DNA of 64,000 nucleotides from an uncultured Acidobacteriota bacterium (GTDB lineage Bacteria; Acidobacteriota; Blastocatellia; RBC074): NCBI GenBank assembly GCA_963796275.1, contig CAWCKY010000007.1, positions 960,001 to 1,024,000 of the forward strand, read 5' to 3'. Shown piece by piece: positions 59,426 to 64,000 of this stretch (position 1 is its first letter; each line of letters starts with the position of its first letter). The notes under the pieces were generated by a model. It saw only the letters and a program-made list of their open reading frames with translations, ran no database searches and was not told where the DNA came from. The position numbers and the translations under genes were made by a program.

Positions 59426-60422
59426 TTATTTGGCCTTCGGCCATAGCAGATGGCCCGTTATATTCAGGCGGATGCGAAACAGCGTCTTTCCCGCCGTGAT
59501 GTAGAGTGTTTTCAAGTCCGGATCGCCGAATGTGCAGTTGGTTACCATATCTTCCGGGACGGGAATTACGCCGATCTGCCTCCCTGCGGGAGAAAATATG
59601 TAGACGCCTGCCTTGGCCAGCCCGCTCTCCGATGGAGGATTCGGCGTATTGAGCCCGGCGGTCACATAGAGATTCCCACGGCTGTCGAGACACATCCCAT
59701 CACCGCCGCGACTCACACCAAAGTCGTGAATGACACGGCGTTTGCCTGTTGAGCCATCGGCGCTCAATTCATAAGCAATGACTTGGCGCGAGCCACCCGC
59801 CAGGTTGTTGTTGTCTATCACATAGAGCGTCTTCTGATCAGGGGAGACAGCGATCCCGTTCGGACGTTCTAGGTCATCGATCACCCGGTTTATCTTTCCA
59901 TCCGGATCAATGCGGTAAACCGCTTCCTTATCCATCTCCATTCCCGACCTATCGCCATAGCGTGGGTCGGTGAAGTAGAGCCGGCCCTGAGCATCCACAT
60001 CAATATCATTGGGGCTGTTGAATGGCTTGCCCTGGTACGAGGCTGCCAACACGGTGAGACTGCCGTTATGCTCCGTTCGCGTAACTCTGCGGCTACCTCC
60101 TTCGCAAGCCACGAGTCGCCCTTCGAGATCGAAGACCAATCCGTTGGCGCGACCTGAAGGCTGGCGATAGACCTCAATCAGTCGACGGGGGACGGGGTCC
60201 GGGCCCGGCGCCGAGCGCATAATTCGATTATTGCTGACATCGGTAAAATAGACGCTGCCATCCGCGTGATACACCGGCCCTTCCGTGAAGGCTACTGTTG
60301 AAACCACCTCAAGTTTCGGCTTCTGTTGGCAAGACAGGAACCTGTGCCTGAATGCCAGCTGACAGTATCATCAGAAATAGAGTCGTTATCGATCTTTGGA
60401 TTCGCTGAATCAAATTATCCAT
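59426..60422 (-). CDS. SMP-30/gluconolactonase/LRE family protein (signal peptide separated by a +1 frameshift near 60317)
   Basis: FTEGP, ANGL, FNSPND, PNGI, GDGM, TNCTFG; upstream frame MDNLIQ...AGIQAQVPVLPTEA joins KLEVVST. Confidence 0.85.
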
Positions 60423-60455
60423 AATCTTAGTGCTCGGATCCTTGCCATAAATCAT

Positions 60456-60945
60456 CTAAAAACCTCAAAAAGATACCCCATCCATAGCGAACATCTGGGT
60501 GAGCTTGGAGGGAGAAAGAATTTTGAGATCGTGCTCCAGTACGATTAATTCTGTAGCCGTTCGCCTTCTACAACACCCGGCAGTATCGATGGCTGATCCC
60601 CTGGACTGTGCTGCCCCAGTTACCACATTGAATGAGCCGCTGCTACGTACTGCGACTCGCCCTACATAACAGCCGATCTTTTGGCCAGATCTGACGATTG
60701 CCTTAATGATATCTCCGGTTCTGAAGCCTTTGACAGTACGCGGTCCTTTGGCTGATGTGCGCGGAAACCCGTACTTGTCCATCCGACACATCTGGCGAGT
60801 GTTATGCCCTGTCGCCTTGATCTCAAATGGGATAACTCCGTCGACAGCGACCTGTGCGGCGTAGACTTCCCGACGCAGGCTGCGTCGGTCCAGTGGGCCT
60901 TGGGTAGTTCTCGCACAGTCCGGTTATATTTGGTCAGTCCGCCTG
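60456..60945 (-). pseudogene. iscB: 3' part of iscB with element right end
   Basis: GGLTKYNR..LPKAHWTDAACVG, IKATGHNTRQMCRMDKYGFPR, GFRTGDIIKA, GRVAVRSSGSFN; same right-end hairpin as 54011..54504. Confidence 0.85.
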
Positions 60946-60949
60946 GCTG

Positions 60950-61150
60950 ATGAGACCGACATCACCAAAACATTTCTCCCCATACTTGGCGTCATACGAT
61001 TGCGACTGAACTCCTCGACGCTGGTGCGCCGCTCTCCAAAGTATCCAACCTTCTTGGGCACAGCGACACGAAGATCACAGCAAAAACTTACTACTCGGAC
61101 CCTGAGGGCCTGAACGTCGAAGATTACATCGAGAAGGATAACTGACAAAA
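60950..61150 (+). pseudogene. Tyrosine recombinase C-terminal fragment
   Basis: SPHTWRHTIATELLDAGAPLSKVSNLLGHSDTKITAKTY (box II HxxR...LGH...Y). Confidence 0.8.
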
Positions 61151-61221
61151 CTGGTGTTTCGCTCTAACTCGGGCTCGTCAGCAGTTCTTGATTCCGGATT
61201 GGAGCCTATGGGCGTGCTCGA

Positions 61222-62232
61222 CTAATCATTGCGTTTAAGAGTCGGCCGCTCTGTTTGCAGCTGTGTGGAATTGATGCTATCGGTGGCCGGAGCTGGACGA
61301 CGCTTGAGCGTCGGGCGTTCGCGCTCGTTCTGTACGCTCTCCGAACGCCGTGACGTGTTGATCGCGACCAGCCGTGCCTTGACGGTGCTGAAATCGGAAG
61401 AGCTGACCTCATACTCATTCCTCTCCGGGAAACGGATGACAAGCTCGCTCACTTCTTTGATCCGATCACCGGTCAGCGGATGAGTGCTGAAGAGCTTGGA
61501 GATAGTGCCCGGTTTCTTCTTCTCTTTGGCCTCAAGCTTTTCGAAGAAGCTGACCATCGCCTGCGGATCATATCCGGTAGCCCACATATATTGAGCACCA
61601 AGCCGGTCGGCCTCTTCCTCGGCGCCGCGCGAGAATTTGAGAAAGCCCAGCGGAATCGCCAATCCGGCGGCCTGCTGAATCGCGTAACCACCGATCCCGC
61701 CCAGGAAGATCAGCGGAAGCGAGGCATAATTGATCAGGCTGCTTTTGGATGCCTGCTCGACACCATGACGTGCTGCCACGTGCGCGGTCTCGTGCGCGAT
61801 CACCCCAGCCAGCTCAGCTTCATTGTCGGCGGCTTCGAGAACACCGCGGTTGATATAGAGAAAGCCGCCCGGCAGCGCGAAGGCATTGATCTCGTTAGAA
61901 TCGATCACCTTGATTGCGAACGGTACTTTGGAGTCTGAGTGGAGGGCTATGTTCTGCCCGACGCGGTTAACATACTCAGTCACCAGAGGGTCGGTGACGA
62001 ACTTTGATTCCCGGTCGATCTCTGCGGCGAGCTGCCGACCGAGGGTGACCTCTTTATCGATCGAGTAAAAATCGATCTGACCCTTGTTGATATTCCGCTT
62101 GCCGATCAAGAGCGGATTTTCTTTGTCTTCCAGCGGCTTCTGTTTCGTTTGCGCGAGTCCTGGCGCCACCGCCAGCAATAGTGACATTACGAGCAAGCTT
62201 ACTTTGGGCAGAAATATGGTGTTCATCTTCAT
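61222..62232 (-). CDS. M48 family metallopeptidase, exported
   Basis: Signal peptide, INAFALPGG, HETAH, EEEADRLG, STHP. Confidence 0.92.
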   Translation of the reverse strand: MKMNTIFLPKVSLLVMSLLLAVAPGLAQTKQKPLEDKENPLLIGKRNINKGQIDFYSIDKEVTLGRQLAAEIDRESKFVTDPLVTEYVNRVGQNIALHSDSKVPFAIKVIDSNEINAFALPGGFLYINRGVLEAADNEAELAGVIAHETAHVAARHGVEQASKSSLINYASLPLIFLGGIGGYAIQQAAGLAIPLGFLKFSRGAEEEADRLGAQYMWATGYDPQAMVSFFEKLEAKEKKKPGTISKLFSTHPLTGDRIKEVSELVIRFPERNEYEVSSSDFSTVKARLVAINTSRRSESVQNERERPTLKRRPAPATDSINSTQLQTERPTLKRND

Positions 62233-62320
62233 CCTCCGGTAACATTGTCTTCACCTTTCGTTACGAGAGAGCTTTCCCATCAGATTTGCTATCTATTCAA
62301 ACTCAATTATTTTCACACGG

Positions 62321-62848
62321 CTACCTTTCCATCCACGAGAGTAAGAGCGAATGCGATGGGATATAGATTTCACCTCTCCCCAAACCCATCGCCCGTTTTT
62401 TCTCCCGCACGTAGCGGCGCACAGTCGATTCACCGATCTCCACTTTTAGTTCCTGATCGATCCCGACATAGATTCGATGTGCCGCGTGCGGTTGTTTCCG
62501 TGGCGCTCTGCGATCACTCTCCAATATCTCATCGATGAAGGCTTGTACCGGACCAAGAATTGGGCGATTGCGGACTGGGTTCTTGCGCTCCGGCGGCAAG
62601 GCATCCTGGAGCGCTTGCCGGACCATCCGTCGATGCACTCCGAATTTCTCTGCAACACCTTTAATGGTTCCTATTCCGTACTGATATTCGCGGCGTATTG
62701 CTTCGAATAGTTCCACTTTGGCTCTCCTATCCATCCCATCCTCCCCTTGTTGGACGTATCTAAATCCAACACAGGATAGATGGGTTGTGGCTTAAGGGGT
62801 GGGCCAAATGAGATGATCGAAGTGGGCCGATTTAGAGTATCGGAATCA
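62321..62848 (-). mobile_element. istA: IS21-family element left end with truncated istA
   Basis: TG-starting end at 62848 with repeated ggcccac motifs; ORF 62321..62734 [42 protein letters not shown]. Confidence 0.8.
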
Positions 62849-63280
62849 ATCTTCTGGGTTTCTTGTGCTCTGGTTTCTGCCGCACGTCGCAGTTCATCAT
62901 CTCCACTACTATTTCCTGTGGTGTAAGAAACAACGTAAATATCTTCTCCATAGGGATCAACATATTTCAGCGGATTGTTCCAGACATAGGTATATCGGTT
63001 CCAGTTTTGTGGTTGGCTTAAGTATTCTTCAAAATCATCTTCATTATCTATTGAAAGGGATCTGGACTCGTGAAGCTTCCCTGAAATGAAGCAAAATAAC
63101 GTGCCTGAGCGAAATCGAGCCCCGTCTCATCATCTCTCTCATACCCGGTAAACTTCTGCCGCACCGAATTGTCGCCATAACCGAGCTCTGCGCTTCTGAG
63201 CTCAACTCCGTTTCCGAGCTGTTCGCCGAAGGGTAAAAAATCGTTCCGTCTTACTTCTCCCAGGCTACCTGAAGAAGGCT
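62849..63280 (-). pseudogene. Orphan Rhs core / toxin-tip fragment
   Basis: DFLPFGE, QKFTGYERDDETGLDFAQARY, FTSPDP, frameshift, PQNWNRYTYVWNNPLKYVDPYG; cut by IS21. Confidence 0.85.
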
Positions 63281-63545
63281 TACATGTCGCGCGCATTCGA
63301 TATTGAAACTATAGATTTGGCAAAGCATTCTCAGTCAGGAGGCCAGTTCTTCGATATATCGAGCGCGACGCGCCGGGGAGTCAGGCATGAAAGTGCAACG
63401 ACCTGCAATCTCACCAACCCCGCGCCAATCGAAGACTGCCGCACTTGCCCCGATCCAGGTAATTTCGATTTGGATCAGACGCCAGCTCTTCCTTCGACGC
63501 ACTCAATCAGAGTATACTCGGCGCTCCCCAGTCCTAGAGGTGTAT

Positions 63546-64000
63546 ATGATAAAAACTCGAGTCTCACTCCTTCTTTTTGCTGTGTTCGGTTTGTCCGTTG
63601 AAGCTTCCGTCATTGCACAGGTAACTCCGAATCCGCAGACGCAGCCCGAAACAGGCGCCTGCAAAGGCTATAAGATGCCGATCATCAAGCCGGATGAAAG
63701 CATCGACTATAAGACGCCGGTTCGGAAACCTCCCGAGGGGATCGATTATAAAATGATCGTCATTAATCCTTGCCCAATGGATACGCTCGCTGGAAATTTG
63801 ACGCCGCCGCCGAATCGTGGCTTTGGTCTGAATCCACGTCTGACAACGCCAGGAATCGGGCCAGGGACTCGTTCTTTCGAACCGAGGTTTCCGTCTCCGC
63901 AGTGGACGCCGCCGTCGGGTGGATCAGGTACGTTGCAACCAAAGCTTCCATTCCAATTACAATCGAGTGAGGGCGCCGAAAAAAGCAAATCTCCCTCCGA
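63546..64000 (+). CDS. Exported Pro-rich protein, partial
   Basis: Read manually (not in the ORF track): AGAGG RBS, MIKTRVSLLLFAVFGLSVEASVIAQ..., open to the right edge. Confidence 0.65.
   Translation, partial: MIKTRVSLLLFAVFGLSVEASVIAQVTPNPQTQPETGACKGYKMPIIKPDESIDYKTPVRKPPEGIDYKMIVINPCPMDTLAGNLTPPPNRGFGLNPRLTTPGIGPGTRSFEPRFPSPQWTPPSGGSGTLQPKLPFQLQSSEGAEKSKSPS

Noticed and set aside
60950-61150. Integron integrase for the attC-like sites
   Set aside because: Only a generic tyrosine-recombinase box II fragment; the IntI-specific insertion is not visible

Overview
Bacterial window, probably from an Acidobacteriota (Blastocatellia-like) genome; the taxonomy is inferred from gene content and the SMC insertions, not looked up. 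(1) 1-9.6 kb, minus strand and running off the left edge: a contractile-injection cluster whose sheath, tube and baseplate proteins resemble the Bacteroidota-type T6SS (subtype iii: TssF, TssB, TssC, TssD/Hcp, TssE, VgrG). It also contains a barnase/RNase Sa-like gene, a free-standing gp5-type beta-helix 'needle' gene after a short VgrG, and a tandem pair of unknown paralogs. (2) 10-21.5 kb: a TPR-CHAT protease/ECF sigma/anti-sigma operon, a divergent caspase-TPR gene, and a PA2779-like/C39 peptidase/TPR-beta-barrel trio. (3) 21.9-35.2 kb: a MauG-like di-haem/cupredoxin/beta-propeller trio, sugar-catabolism genes and PQQ-type propellers. (4) 35.5-39 kb: an unusual membrane operon encoding a double C8 zinc finger protein, a ubiquitin-like protein with a circularly permuted FHA domain around 6 TM helices, and a vWA lipoprotein. 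(5) 39-52 kb: ahcY, metK, acs, smc and GT2 genes. (6) 52.3-64 kb: a decayed island starting at a half tRNA-Gln and a full tRNA-Gln. It holds an attC-like site, vapBC, hicBA remnants, two IscB/omega-RNA remnants, an ORF-less group II intron, and IS, integrase and Rhs fragments. Five apparent +1 frameshifts in otherwise intact genes can each be explained by one extra base inside a GATC, which suggests modification-linked sequencing errors.
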